From Candidatus Limnocylindria bacterium (GTDB lineage Bacteria > Chloroflexota > Limnocylindria > P2-11E): a stretch of DNA of 61,175 bases. Made by a program: the position numbers and the translations under genes. Every line of letters begins with the position of its first letter. Within the stretch, counting starts at the first letter, position 1. Where the stretch lies: positions 1-61,175 of the forward strand of contig DATCOD010000064.1 of NCBI GenBank assembly GCA_036564905.1, written 5' to 3'. This document shows positions 36,436 through 44,650 of this stretch, in pieces. The notes below the pieces were generated by a model that saw only the letters and a list, made by a program, of their open reading frames with translations, was not told where the DNA came from and did no database searches.

Positions 36436-38652
36436 GTGCTGAACATCGGCCTCGTCGTGATCGCGCGTGGTTTCCGCACCGCGACGGCCACCGGCACCGC
36501 GCTCTATGTGCTGGCGAATTTGGCGGTGCTGGTCACGGTAGCGGCGGCCATCGACCCCGACCACTGGCAGTCCGCCTTCGTCTTCGCGCCGCTGCTGGCG
36601 GCCGGTGCCCTCCTCCTGCGGAAATGGACGGCGCCGGCGCGGCTCGCGTACACGTTCATCGCCGTGGACGCCTTGCTCTACGTCAGCTACGTCTTCGCCC
36701 TCACCTTCCTCAGTGGTCTCGGCCTCGTGGCGATGTTCCTCTCCGCCAGTCTGCTGCTCTTCGAGCTCGCGGCACTCTCTCTGACCCTGATGTATGCGTA
36801 TGAGGGCTTCAGTGCCCTCTGCCGGATCGTGTGGTCGCGGCGTGGCGATGGACCGCCACCGTACGATCCCGCCACGGCGCCGTTCGTATCGATCCACATC
36901 CCGACGTACAGCGAGCCCCCCGATCTGGTCATCGAGACGCTCAACGCGCTGGCGATACTCGACTACCCACGCTTCGAAGTCGTCATCGTGGACAACAACA
37001 CCAAGGACGCGGCTCTCTGGGGACCGGTCCAAGCGCACTGCGCGCGCCTCGGGGAGCGGTTTCGGTTCTTCCATGTCGATCCGCTCGACGGCTACAAGGC
37101 GGGTGCCTGCAACTTCGCGCTCGGCCATACCGACCCACGCGCCACGCTCGTCGCGATCATCGACGCCGACTATGTCGTGGACCCCGCATTCCTGCGCGAC
37201 GTCGCGCCGTACTTCCGCGATCCCGGTCTTGCGTTCGTCCAGACGCCACAGGACTACCGCCAGTTCGAAGGCAACCGGTATCTCACCGATTGTTTGCACG
37301 CGTACGCGTATTTCTTCGCGGTGTCGATGACCGCGCGCAACGAGGACAACGCGCCGATCTTCGGCGGGACCATGGGGGTGATCCGTCGCTCGGTCCTCGA
37401 GGAGATCGGGGGCTGGGACGCCTGGTGCATCACCGAGGACGCCGAGGCGAGCCTCCGGATCCTGCAACGCGGCTACCGATCGCTCTACCTCCCGAAGTCG
37501 TACGGCCGAGGGCTCATGCCCTTCGACTTCGATTCGTACAAGAAGCAGCGCTTCCGCTGGGCGTTCGGCGGGATCCAGATCTTCCGCAAGCACTGGCGGT
37601 CACTCCTGCCGCTCTGGCCACGGGCCGCAGGTGATCGGCTCACGGGCGCGCAGCGGAGCTGGTACCTGATCGCGGCGTTCCTCTGGTTCGGCGAACCGGT
37701 GCAGTTGGCCTTCGCGGCGTTCCTGTTCGTCGGTGCGGTCGCGTACGCGGTCGGCCTTGGGATCGTTGCGCGCCCGCTCACCGAGGCGACACTCATCTTC
37801 CCGCTTCTCTTCCTGTTCCTCGGCGTGATCCGGTTCCTCTGGATCCTGCGTTCGGCCCTCGGCCTCGGCCTCGGCGAGGCGGTCGGTGCCGCGGTGAACA
37901 TGTTCAGCCTCAGCTGGGTGGTCGCGCAGGCGGTCCTGTCCGCGATCGTGCGCAGCGATGGTGTGTTCCTCCGGACCAGCAAGACGAAGTCGCACGCGAC
38001 GTTCGTTCGCGCGATCGCCGCGAGTCGATGGGAAACGGCGATCGCCCTCACCTGTCTGTTGGTCGGGATCGCGATCCTCGCCCGCGGCTTCTTCGCCCTG
38101 GGGCTGGCTCTGGCGATCCTTTGCTTCTGGCAAGCGCTCATCTACGGCAGCGCGTTCGTCACGAGCCTCTCGGCCATCCGGTCAGCGCGCCTCGACGCGC
38201 GGCCGGCTCGTTACCGCCATGAAGAGCGGCCCGCCGACCGGCGCGCGCTGCTGTGGGTGCCCGCAGCCGCGGGCCTCGGGGCTCTCGCGATCTTCATCGC
38301 CCTCGCGGGAGTGGCGACGGCACCGAACGTCGTCACCGAGTTGAATGCGGCCAGCGATCGGCAGGTGCCGCTGCTTCCGCCCGCGGTCATTACGACGCCG
38401 GTACCCGCATCGCACGGGCCGGCCACCGGCCCGACCGCCGCGCCGAACGCCGGCGCGACGCCCGTGGCGACGGCGCCGCCCGGAGCTTCAGCGCAGCCAT
38501 CGGCGATCCCGCAGCCCACCCCAGCGGTCAACCAACCGACGCCGCCGATCGCGCAGCCCACCCCACCGGTCAGCCAGCCGACGCCGCCGATCGTTCAGCC
38601 CACTCCGGGAGGCGGCCCACCGACGGGAGTTCCTACGCCCCGAGGGCCCTGA
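36436..38652 (+). CDS. Membrane glycosyltransferase family 2 (processive, cellulose/chitin-synthase-like) with Pro-rich C-terminal tail
   Basis: 'VSIHIPTYSEPPDLV', 'VIVDNNT', 'IIDADYV', 'ITEDAEASLR', 'KKQRFRWAFGG' (QxxRW). N- and C-terminal TM blocks. The true start may lie upstream. Confidence 0.85.
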   Translation: MLNIGLVVIARGFRTATATGTALYVLANLAVLVTVAAAIDPDHWQSAFVFAPLLAAGALLLRKWTAPARLAYTFIAVDALLYVSYVFALTFLSGLGLVAMFLSASLLLFELAALSLTLMYAYEGFSALCRIVWSRRGDGPPPYDPATAPFVSIHIPTYSEPPDLVIETLNALAILDYPRFEVVIVDNNTKDAALWGPVQAHCARLGERFRFFHVDPLDGYKAGACNFALGHTDPRATLVAIIDADYVVDPAFLRDVAPYFRDPGLAFVQTPQDYRQFEGNRYLTDCLHAYAYFFAVSMTARNEDNAPIFGGTMGVIRRSVLEEIGGWDAWCITEDAEASLRILQRGYRSLYLPKSYGRGLMPFDFDSYKKQRFRWAFGGIQIFRKHWRSLLPLWPRAAGDRLTGAQRSWYLIAAFLWFGEPVQLAFAAFLFVGAVAYAVGLGIVARPLTEATLIFPLLFLFLGVIRFLWILRSALGLGLGEAVGAAVNMFSLSWVVAQAVLSAIVRSDGVFLRTSKTKSHATFVRAIAASRWETAIALTCLLVGIAILARGFFALGLALAILCFWQALIYGSAFVTSLSAIRSARLDARPARYRHEERPADRRALLWVPAAAGLGALAIFIALAGVATAPNVVTELNAASDRQVPLLPPAVITTPVPASHGPATGPTAAPNAGATPVATAPPGASAQPSAIPQPTPAVNQPTPPIAQPTPPVSQPTPPIVQPTPGGGPPTGVPTPRGP
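38512..38610 (+). repeat. 42-bp tandem repeat x about 2.4 inside the GT2 3' end, encoding (QPTPxxxQPTPPIx)n
   Basis: Units start at 38512, 38554 and 38596. Translation 'QPTPAVNQPTPPIAQPTPPVSQPTPPIVQPTPGG'. Confidence 0.9.
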
Positions 38653-38692
38653 GACGGTCGCGAGAAGCACGAGGTTTGCCCAGACCCGGGAC

Positions 38693-38705
38693 CTGTGGCC
38701 CACAG
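38693..38705. promoter_or_regulatory. 13-bp palindrome CTGTGG-C-CCACAG upstream of the heme cluster
   Basis: Perfect inverted repeat in the 108-bp gap before ferrochelatase. Its function is unknown. Confidence 0.25.
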
Positions 38706-38760
38706 TTGCGGACCGAACGTCCATGCCCCGCCGCGCGGACCGTCGATACGCTCGCCCGAG

Positions 38761-39696
38761 GTGGCTGCAGGCAAGGGTGTGCTCCTCATGGCCTACGGCG
38801 CGCCGGAGCGGCTCGATCAGGTCGAGTCCTATTACCTCGACATCCGCCGCGGCTCTCCGCCACCCGCGGCCCTTCTCGCGGAGCTCGTCGATCGGTACCG
38901 CGCGATCGGCGGCGGCTCGCCACTCTCGCGCATCGTCGAACGGCAGCGGCTGGCGCTCGGAGCGGAGCTCGCGCGGCGCGGACTCACGGTCGCCGTCTAC
39001 GCCGGCATGAAGCACATCGCGCCGTTCATCCGTGATGCGGTCGCGCGCATGGCGGACGACGGCATCCGCCAGGCCGTCGCCCTTGCGCTCGCGCCACAGC
39101 ACTCGACGTTCAACGCCCAGACGTATATCGGCGCGGTCGAGAGCGCCGCCTCATCGCTCGGGCCGCGGGCACCGCGGTTCAGCTTCGTCGAGAGCTGGCA
39201 CGATCAGCCACGCCTGATCGAAGCGCTCGCCGGAGCCACCGCGGAGGCGCTCGCGCGGTTCCCGCGATCCGCGCGGCGGCCCCATGTCTTCTTCACCGCG
39301 CACAGCCTCCCAGCGCGGATCGCGCACGGCGGCGATCCGTATGCGCGAGAGGTGGCGGCCACGGCTGCTCTGGTCGCGGAACGGCTCGGGCTCAGCGACT
39401 GCGATGTCGCCTACCAGAGCGCGGGCCGCACCGCCGAGGTGTGGATCGGCCCGGAGCTCGGTGCGGAGCTCCGCCGCGTCGCCGAAACGGGCGTGCGTGA
39501 GGTGGTCGTGTGCCCGGTCGGGTTCGTCGCCGACCACCTCGAGGTCCTGTACGACGTCGACATCGAGGCCCAGCGGATCGCGCGCGACCTCGGGATCGGG
39601 CTCGAGCGAGCGCGCTCGATGAACGACGACCCGATCTTCGTCGCCGGCCTGGCTGACCTCGTCGAGAGCGCGCTGCGCGAGCCGATCCCGGCATGA
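38761..39696 (+). CDS. hemH: Ferrochelatase (proto- or coproporphyrin type not distinguishable here)
   Basis: 'GVLLMAYGAPE', 'YYLDIRRG', 'RYRAIGGGSPL', 'FTAHSLP', 'CPVGFVADHLEVLYDVD'. Start is GTG 38761, GTG 38779 or ATG 38788. Confidence 0.9.
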   Translation: MAAGKGVLLMAYGAPERLDQVESYYLDIRRGSPPPAALLAELVDRYRAIGGGSPLSRIVERQRLALGAELARRGLTVAVYAGMKHIAPFIRDAVARMADDGIRQAVALALAPQHSTFNAQTYIGAVESAASSLGPRAPRFSFVESWHDQPRLIEALAGATAEALARFPRSARRPHVFFTAHSLPARIAHGGDPYAREVAATAALVAERLGLSDCDVAYQSAGRTAEVWIGPELGAELRRVAETGVREVVVCPVGFVADHLEVLYDVDIEAQRIARDLGIGLERARSMNDDPIFVAGLADLVESALREPIPA

Positions 39697-40799
39697 GCAT
39701 GCCCGCACCGATCGGAGCGGTACGACCGAATGGCTATCGCTATCTGCGCGCACCGATGCTCGTCTACTGGGAGCTGACGCGTGCCTGCCCGCTCGCCTGC
39801 CGGCACTGCCGCGCCCTGGCCATCCCGGACCGGAGCCCGACCGAGCTCTCGACGCAGGAAGGTCTGAGGCTCCTGGACCGCATCACCGAGTTCGGCACGC
39901 CGTACCCGCATCTGATCTTTACCGGGGGCGACCCGCTGCGCCGCCCGGACCTGGTCGAGCTCGTCCGCGCCGCGACGGCGCGCGGCATCGGCTCCTCGCT
40001 CGCGCCGAGCGCGAGTCCCGACCTCACGCCGGACCGCATCCACGAGCTGAAGGTCGCGGGCACGCAGGTCATCTCGCTCAGCCTCGACGGCTCGACCGAC
40101 CTGCGGCACGACGAGTTCCGCGGCGTTCCCGGGACCTATGTGGAGACCCTTCGCGCTGCGCGGGATGTCCGCGCCGCGGGCATCCCGCTCCAGATCAACA
40201 CGCTCGTGACGCGCGACACGGTCGGCGATCTGCCGGCGATCTACGCGCTGCTACGCGGGTTCGACATCATGCGCTGGAGCCTCTTCTTCCTCATCGGCGT
40301 GGGCCGTGGAGCGGACCTGCGCGAGGTGACTGCCCCGCAGGCCGAACGGCTGATCGGCTGGCTCCTCGATCTCGGGCGCGAAGCTCCCTTTGCGATCAAG
40401 ACGACCGAGGCGTTGCATCACCATCGCATCGCGATACGGCGTCTCGAACGCGCCGGGAGCGACGCCGCGACGATCGCGCGCATGCCGCTCGCGCGGAGCT
40501 TCGGCATCCGTGATGGGAACGGCATCCTGTTCGTCGCGCATGACGGCGCGGTCTATCCGTCCGGCTTCCTGCCGCTTTCCGCCGGTAACGTGCGTGACAC
40601 CCCGATCGCCGATCTGTATCGGCACGGCCGGCTCTTCGTGCAGCTGCGCGACGTGAGCGGGCTCAAGGGAAAGTGCGGGCGTTGCCAGTACAACGAGATC
40701 TGCGGCGGTTCGCGCGCTCGCGCCTATGCCTCGACCGGCGATCCTCTTGAGAGCGACCCGCTCTGCGCGTTCGTCCCGCCCGCGACCATTCCGGCGTGA
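39693..40799 (+). CDS. Radical SAM protein with SPASM/twitch-like C-terminus (AhbD/NirJ-like)
   Basis: ATGA overlap with hemH. 'VYWELTRACPLACRHCRA' (CX3CX2C), 'IFTGGDPL', C-terminal 'KCGRCQYNEICGGSRARAYASTGDPLESDPLC'. Confidence 0.8.
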   Translation: MSMPAPIGAVRPNGYRYLRAPMLVYWELTRACPLACRHCRALAIPDRSPTELSTQEGLRLLDRITEFGTPYPHLIFTGGDPLRRPDLVELVRAATARGIGSSLAPSASPDLTPDRIHELKVAGTQVISLSLDGSTDLRHDEFRGVPGTYVETLRAARDVRAAGIPLQINTLVTRDTVGDLPAIYALLRGFDIMRWSLFFLIGVGRGADLREVTAPQAERLIGWLLDLGREAPFAIKTTEALHHHRIAIRRLERAGSDAATIARMPLARSFGIRDGNGILFVAHDGAVYPSGFLPLSAGNVRDTPIADLYRHGRLFVQLRDVSGLKGKCGRCQYNEICGGSRARAYASTGDPLESDPLCAFVPPATIPA

Positions 40800-42160
40800 A
40801 GGTCCTCGTCGTGGGCGGTGGCATCAGTGGCCTCGTCGCGGCGTACGAGCTCGGCCGTGCGGGGGTGCCCGTGACCCTCGTCGAGGCCGGTCCGCGCCTC
40901 GGCGGCAAGGTCGGGACCGAGCACGTCGAGGGCTACACGATCGAGGGGGGCCCCGACTCCTTCCTGACCGGCAGGCCCGAGGCCGTCCAGCTGTGCCGCG
41001 ACCTCGGCCTGGTCGGCGCGCTCGTGCCACCGGAGGTGCCGTCGGACGTGTTCGTCTGGCACGGTCGCCTCGTGCCGGTGCCGGAAGGCCTCGGGAGCGG
41101 CATCCCTCGGGCGTTCCGTCCCATCGCGTCGAGCCCGCTGTTCTCCCTGCGCGAGAAGCTCGGCCTGGCGCGTGAGCTGTTCCTGCCCCCGAGCACCGAG
41201 AACGACGATGAGGCGGTGGGCACGTTCCTGCGCCGGCGCTTCGGGGATGCGCTCGTCGATCGGCTGGCGTCGCCGCTCCTCGAAGCCGTCTACGGCACCC
41301 CGGTCGATGAGCTGAGCCTGCTCACGTCGCTGCCGCGTCTGCGCGAGGCCGAACGGCGCTACGGCAGCCTGCTGCGCGCGGCGTTCGCCCAACGACGGAC
41401 GACGCGAGCCGAGCGGGCGCCGGGTGCTCCGGTGCTGACCCTCGCCGGAGGGATGGGCTCGCTCGTCGATGCGCTCAGCGAGCGGATCGAGCGTACGGAG
41501 GTCCTGCACGGTACCGCCGTGCTCCGCATCGAACGCACGTCGTCGGGCTACCGGGCGCGGCTCGACGATGGCAGCTGGCGCTCATTCGGGGCGGTCATCG
41601 TCGCGACGCCCGCGCCGGCCGCCGCGCCGCTCCTCGCGGAGCTCGCGCCACGTGCCACATCCATCCTCGCGGACATGCCGTACGGATCGACCGCGATCGT
41701 CTCCCTGGGCTATCGGAAAGATCAGATCGCGCACCCGCTCGCCGGCCACGGGTTCGTCGTGCCGCCAGGGGCGCTCGCCATTTCCGCTTGTACCTGGAGC
41801 TCCTCGAAGTGGCCGGGTCGCGCGCCGGACCGCTCCGTCCTCCTTCGCGCCTCGGTCCGGGAGCCGCGACTGATCGCGACCGATGACCCGTCGCTCGTCG
41901 AGGCGGCGCATGCGGCGCTGGCATCCGCGCTCGGCATCCGCGGACGCCCCGAAGTCGGGCGGGTCGCTCGCCACGTCGGCATCATGCCGCGCTACACCGT
42001 CGGCCACCTCGAGCGGGTCGCCGCGATCGACGCGGCGCTCGCGGAGGAGCCCGCGATCCAGGTGATCGGGGCGGCCTATCGCGGCGCGGGGATCCCGGAG
42101 TGCATCGTCCAGGGCCAGCGCGCCGCCGCGGCGCTTCTTCGCCTTCCAGTCGAGGCCTGA
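40796..42160 (+). CDS. hemY: Protoporphyrinogen/coproporphyrinogen III oxidase (HemY/CgoX, FAD)
   Basis: GTGA overlap with the radical SAM stop. 'VLVVGGGISGLVAAYEL', 'LGGKV', 'GPDSFL', 'GAAYRGAGIPECI'. Confidence 0.9.
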   Translation: MKVLVVGGGISGLVAAYELGRAGVPVTLVEAGPRLGGKVGTEHVEGYTIEGGPDSFLTGRPEAVQLCRDLGLVGALVPPEVPSDVFVWHGRLVPVPEGLGSGIPRAFRPIASSPLFSLREKLGLARELFLPPSTENDDEAVGTFLRRRFGDALVDRLASPLLEAVYGTPVDELSLLTSLPRLREAERRYGSLLRAAFAQRRTTRAERAPGAPVLTLAGGMGSLVDALSERIERTEVLHGTAVLRIERTSSGYRARLDDGSWRSFGAVIVATPAPAAAPLLAELAPRATSILADMPYGSTAIVSLGYRKDQIAHPLAGHGFVVPPGALAISACTWSSSKWPGRAPDRSVLLRASVREPRLIATDDPSLVEAAHAALASALGIRGRPEVGRVARHVGIMPRYTVGHLERVAAIDAALAEEPAIQVIGAAYRGAGIPECIVQGQRAAAALLRLPVEA

Positions 42161-42166
42161 CCGGTC

Positions 42167-43489
42167 CTACGCGGGCGCGCGCGCCAACCCCGCGGCCACC
42201 GCGGTATGCGCCGCCGCATCCCGGAGCACCGCATTCGCGAAGCGCTTCCGCAGGAGCGAGCGCGCCGCGGGGATCGCCGAGGAGCCACCGGTGCAGACGA
42301 TCTCGATGATCTGGTCGGCCCGCACGCCGCTGCGTTCGAGGACCTGGGTCAGGGCCGCGTCGACACGCGCGAACAGCGGCGCGATCGCGACCTCGAAGGC
42401 ACGCCGCGAGGCCTGCTGGTCGATGTCCACGGCGCCGCGGTGGAAGCTGAAGAGCGCGAGCTGCGCGGACGACAGCTCGATCTTCGTCGCGTCCGCCGCC
42501 GCGAAGATCTCGTAGCCGAGCTGCAGCTCGATCGCGCCGCGCAGAGCGGCAAGCTCGCGCTTCGGCGCGCCGAGCGACTCCAGATCGTCGAGCGCATCGA
42601 GGATCGGCTTCTCGTTCAACGCCGAGAGCGCGCGCCAATCGCCGATCGCGCCGGTGATGAACCGCGGCAGGATGAGCCCCTTCGGGCCCCACCGCTTCTC
42701 CGCGCCGAGGTGCGGTGCCACGAGCTGATCGATCAGCAGCTGGGTGAAGCGATCGCCCGCGACGTCGACACCGGCGGTGCCGAGGACAGCGATCTCGCCT
42801 TTGTGACGATGCGTTACACAAAGGTCGAGCGTCCCGCCGCCAAAGTCGAACACGAGGGTCAGCCCGGCCGGTACATCCGCCGCACGCGCCGCGGCGATGG
42901 GCTCTTGCACGAAGCGGACGTCGCGCAGGCCGGCCAGGCGCGCGGCTTGCTCAAGACGGGTCCGTGCACGCTCTTCGACCTCCGCTCCGCCCACGAACTC
43001 GACCGGCCGGCCCACCGTCGCCGATGTCGGTCGCGTGCCGGTGAGCTCCTCGACGCGTTCGAAGATCCCCGAGAGGATCATCGCGATCAGGTCCTCGAGC
43101 CCGCGCTCGTCGCCGAACACGTTCGTGTGCGAAAGCAACGGGTCACCCAAGAACGTCTTGAGCGATTGGAAGAACCGTCCAGGCGAGGAGGTATCGACAA
43201 GGATCAGGGCCTCGACACCGGTCGCCTGGCGCGGATTGCTCGACACCATGCGAACGCCGAGCTCCTTGTACTCGCGCTTCACGGGACCGCGCGCGCGGTT
43301 GTCCGCGAGGAACGACCGGATCGCCGGATGACCGATCTGCGTGGTGCCGTCGCGGCGGACGTACAGCACGCTCGGCAATGTGTCGCCCGCGATCGGATCG
43401 ATCGGCAGCAGGCGCACGTTCGAACCATCCGACACCGCGACGGCGCTGTTGGACGTGCCGAAGTCCAGTCCGAACCGGAGCTCGCTCAC
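42167..43489 (-). CDS. Hsp70-family nucleotide-binding-domain-only protein (YegD-like)
   Basis: GTG start. 'FGLDFGTSNSAVAV', 'VGRPVEF', 'EPIAAA', 'VFDFGGGTLD', 'CTGGSSAIP'. No substrate-binding domain. Confidence 0.8.
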   Translation of the reverse strand: MSELRFGLDFGTSNSAVAVSDGSNVRLLPIDPIAGDTLPSVLYVRRDGTTQIGHPAIRSFLADNRARGPVKREYKELGVRMVSSNPRQATGVEALILVDTSSPGRFFQSLKTFLGDPLLSHTNVFGDERGLEDLIAMILSGIFERVEELTGTRPTSATVGRPVEFVGGAEVEERARTRLEQAARLAGLRDVRFVQEPIAAARAADVPAGLTLVFDFGGGTLDLCVTHRHKGEIAVLGTAGVDVAGDRFTQLLIDQLVAPHLGAEKRWGPKGLILPRFITGAIGDWRALSALNEKPILDALDDLESLGAPKRELAALRGAIELQLGYEIFAAADATKIELSSAQLALFSFHRGAVDIDQQASRRAFEVAIAPLFARVDAALTQVLERSGVRADQIIEIVCTGGSSAIPAARSLLRKRFANAVLRDAAAHTAVAAGLARAPA

Positions 43490-43506
43490 CGCAAGAGGAT
43501 GCGCCT

Positions 43507-43902
43507 ATGACCGTCCGTGGCGCGCGGCCGGCAGTTGTCGTCGCGGAGGACGATGGCGCGCTCGCCCGGGTCCTCGAAGAGTCGCTCCGCGCGGGCGGCA
43601 TCGCCGAGCCCGTCATGGTCTCGAACGGCGCGCTCGTCGTCGATGCGGTCATCGACTCTGGCGCCCGGCTGCTGATCCTCGACGTCCAGATGCCTGGTGC
43701 GAGCGGGATCGACGTCTACGACGTCATGCGCAACCACCCGGCGCTCGCCGGCGTCGCCGTGCTGTTCGTGACCGCGAATCCCGAGATGGCACGCGAGACG
43801 CTGAGGGGCAACGCGCCGCGCGAGGTGTTCGCCAAGCCCTTCGACCTGGATGCGCTTCTGGCCAGGGTGCGCGAGCTGCTGGGCGATGGGGTCGCGGCCT
43901 AG
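43507..43902 (+). CDS. Stand-alone receiver (CheY-like) domain
   Basis: SD AAGAGGA. 'VVVAEDDGAL...LLILDVQMPGASG...FAKPFDLDAL'. Confidence 0.75.
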   Translation: MTVRGARPAVVVAEDDGALARVLEESLRAGGIAEPVMVSNGALVVDAVIDSGARLLILDVQMPGASGIDVYDVMRNHPALAGVAVLFVTANPEMARETLRGNAPREVFAKPFDLDALLARVRELLGDGVAA

Positions 43903-44621
43903 AAGGGCGGCCAGGGCACTGCCATGCGATAGGGGTCGGGCTGGGGGAAGACCTTCGCCCGGATGAGCCGATCGAGTCGCGCGTTCAAAGCGCGCATCTC
44001 GGCCGGCGCGATCAGCGGCTGCAGCGCTTCGCAGAGCGGACCAGCGAGCCTCGCGCGCAGCGACCGGAGAGCCGCGAGCTCCGCCGGGGCGATGGGCAGG
44101 CCGCGCCAATCCCAGAGGATCGTGCGCAGCTTCGGCTCGGCCGCGAAGCAGATCCCGTGGTCGACGCCGTACACGTGGCCGCCCGGCGCCGGCAACAGGT
44201 GACCACCCTTCCGGTCGGCGTTGTTCACCACCGCGTCGAACAGCGCGATGCGCCTCAGGCGCGGGTCGGGCTCGTTCGCCATCTTCCAGACGTCGACGTC
44301 CAGGTCGACATCGATCCAGAGCTGGGTCATGCCCGCGCCGAACGGGCCGTCCGCGCGCGTGACCGTGAGCGGCACGATGTCCCATCCGCTCGCCTCAGAC
44401 ACCAGGTACGCCGCGTGCTCGCGCTGCCAGAGCGTGCCGTCGGGAAAATCGTCGAGCGGACGCTCGCCGCGGACCGGCTTGTACACACAGGTCAGGTGCT
44501 GCGCGCCGTCGGTCACCGTGCCGAGGAAGGATGCGTTCGAAGCGGAGACGATCCGGCCCTGGACGGTCAGCTCCCCGCGCTCGAGGAGCCGGAGCGTGGC
44601 GCCGCGATCGAGGCCGGTCAC
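43899..44621 (-). CDS. SCO1664-family protein (PI3/4-kinase-like fold)
   Basis: 'RIVSASNASFLG', 'CVYKPVRGERPLDDFP', 'FDAVVNNADRKGGHLL', 'GVDHGICF'. Confidence 0.75.
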   Translation of the reverse strand: MTGLDRGATLRLLERGELTVQGRIVSASNASFLGTVTDGAQHLTCVYKPVRGERPLDDFPDGTLWQREHAAYLVSEASGWDIVPLTVTRADGPFGAGMTQLWIDVDLDVDVWKMANEPDPRLRRIALFDAVVNNADRKGGHLLPAPGGHVYGVDHGICFAAEPKLRTILWDWRGLPIAPAELAALRSLRARLAGPLCEALQPLIAPAEMRALNARLDRLIRAKVFPQPDPYRMAVPWPPF

Positions 44622-44650
44622 CCGACCAGTGTGCGTCCGATACTCGACGC

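Noticed and set aside
38512-38610. Possible CRISPR array or other spaced repeat array.
   Set aside because: I found no series of 25-40-bp repeats separated by unique spacers anywhere in the window. The only regular repeats are contiguous tandem units inside a coding Pro-rich tail (38512-38610) and short intergenic tandems (2802-2830, 36338-36384). No cas-like genes are present.
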